The notes under the pieces were generated by a model that had not been told where the DNA came from, searched no databases, and worked only from the letters and a program-made list of their open reading frames with translations. A program made the translations under genes and the position numbers. DNA of 32,000 nt from Zymomonas mobilis subsp. mobilis ATCC 10988 (GTDB lineage Bacteria > Pseudomonadota > Alphaproteobacteria > Sphingomonadales > Sphingomonadaceae): the NCBI RefSeq assembly GCF_000175255.2, contig NC_017262.1:660001-692000 (forward strand). Reading direction: 5' to 3'. Below, piece by piece: positions 30,855-32,000 of this stretch. How positions within the stretch are numbered: the stretch's first letter is position 1; each line of letters starts with the position of its first letter.

Positions 30855-32000
30855 TTGGCCAGCGTATTGCCGTCCACAGACACCAACGATATTTCACCTG
30901 TTTCTATCATTGATGAAATGAAGTCGAGTTATCTCGACTATGCCATGTCTGTCATTGTATCCCGTGCCTTGCCTGATGTGCGTGATGGGCTAAAACCTGT
31001 CCATAGACGCATTTTATTTGCGTCACAGGAAGGTGGTTTTGTTCCAGGGCATCCCTATCGCAAATCGGCAAAAATCGTCGGTGAAGTGATGGGTAATTTC
31101 CATCCCCATGGTGACTCTGCCATCTACATGGCCTTGGCTCGTCTTACACAAGACTGGTCAATGCGGGTGCCTCTGATAGACGGTCAAGGCAATTTCGGTT
31201 CCATGGACCCAGATGGCCCGGCGGCCATGCGTTATACCGAAGCCCGCCTATCTCCGGCAGCGATGATGCTTCTCGCTGATATTGATCGGGACACGGTTGA
31301 TTTTTCGCCTAACTATGACGGCTCCAGACAAGAACCTCAGGTTTTACCAGCCCGTTTTCCCAATCTTCTGGTAAACGGCGCGGGTGGTATTGCTGTTGGT
31401 ATGGCCACCAATATTCCACCTCATAATCTCGGCGAAGTTCTAGCAGCCTGCCGTGCCTATATTGCTGATCCGGCGATTTCTATCGAAGATCTTATTCGCC
31501 TTGTCCCTGGCCCTGACTTCCCGACAGGCGGTGTTATGCTCGGTCAAGGTGGTGCAAGGTCGGCTTACCAAAATGGCCGAGGTTCGATTATCATTCGTTC
31601 TCGATATAATATCGAAGAGAAACATGGTGACCGTCGTTCGATCGTTTTAACTGAGATTCCTTATCAAATCGGTAAAAGCGCCCTTGTTGAAAAAATTGCC
31701 GAGGCAGCGAAAGACAAGCGGGTCGAAGGTATCAGCGATATTCGTGATGAATCCAATCGCGAAGGGGTTCGGGTTGTCATTGACCTGAAGCGCGATGCAA
31801 CGCCTGATGTTGTTCTGAACCAGTTATGGCGTCACACACCTGCACAAAGTAGTTTCCCAGCGAACATGCTGGCGTTGAATGGTGGGCGGCCAGAAACGAT
31901 GTCGTTAAAAGACATTATCGCTGCCTTTGTTCAGTTCCGCGAAGAAGTTATCACCCGTCGTTCCAAATATGATCTTTTCAAAGCACGGGAACGGGCGCAT
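30855..32000 (+). CDS. gyrA: DNA gyrase subunit A, N-terminal 382 codons (continues beyond the window end)
   Basis: Missing from the ORF track because it runs off the window edge. My translation gives ...DISPVSIIDEMKSSYLDYAMSVIVSRALPDVRDGLKPVHRRILFAS...HPHGDSAIY (QRDR)...AAMRYTEARL (active-site Tyr)...KARERAH at the window end, in frame. The start is inferred as TTG 30855 (GGAAGA 9 nt upstream, downstream of the ohr terminator); TTG 30867 is possible. Confidence 0.9.
   Translation, partial: MASVLPSTDTNDISPVSIIDEMKSSYLDYAMSVIVSRALPDVRDGLKPVHRRILFASQEGGFVPGHPYRKSAKIVGEVMGNFHPHGDSAIYMALARLTQDWSMRVPLIDGQGNFGSMDPDGPAAMRYTEARLSPAAMMLLADIDRDTVDFSPNYDGSRQEPQVLPARFPNLLVNGAGGIAVGMATNIPPHNLGEVLAACRAYIADPAISIEDLIRLVPGPDFPTGGVMLGQGGARSAYQNGRGSIIIRSRYNIEEKHGDRRSIVLTEIPYQIGKSALVEKIAEAAKDKRVEGISDIRDESNREGVRVVIDLKRDATPDVVLNQLWRHTPAQSSFPANMLALNGGRPETMSLKDIIAAFVQFREEVITRRSKYDLFKARERAH

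Noticed and set aside
1-32000. CRISPR arrays, rRNA, tmRNA next to smpB, IS elements, retron/RT or DGR signatures
   Set aside because: I saw no spaced direct-repeat arrays, no rRNA-like segments, no ssrA-like structure near smpB, no transposase or RT (YxDD) ORFs, and no terminal inverted repeats on either strand.

Overview
The window looks like chromosomal DNA from an alphaproteobacterium. Gene content, protein sequences and the moderately AT-rich composition resemble Sphingomonadales or Zymomonas; this is inference, as no search was run. About 70 percent is housekeeping sequence with synteny typical of alphaproteobacteria. It holds an M13 peptidase (partial), dapA-smpB, slt, greB, aspS-ppk2, rnd, ppx, ppk1, hdaA plus a coupled unknown exported protein, purM-purN-dapB-nth, recX, a fatty acyl-AMP ligase, an S9 peptidase, and gyrA (partial) at the right edge. 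Positions ~23.3-30.7 kb are an AT-richer accessory stretch. It contains a divergent small-ORF/XRE-regulator pair, sugE/gdx, tRNA-Arg(CCT), one 1191-aa gene, tRNA-Val(GAC), a 430-bp non-coding spacer with tandem hairpins, a YfdX-family protein and ohr. The best candidate for something undescribed is the 1191-aa protein (24990..28565). The 3' ends of the two convergent tRNA genes bracket it. It has a complete Upf1/DNA2-like SF1B helicase motif set (GPPGTGKT ... DEAGQ ... GDPLQIPPV ... FQGKEAD ... NVAVSRAK). It also has a ~385-aa N-terminal module with no motif I recognise, and a ~385-aa coiled-coil insertion between motifs Ia and II. I saw no integrase, att repeats, CRISPR array or rRNA. All coordinates, motifs and hairpins come from my own reading of the sequence and the ORF track. 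No database search, structure prediction or GC calculation was possible.
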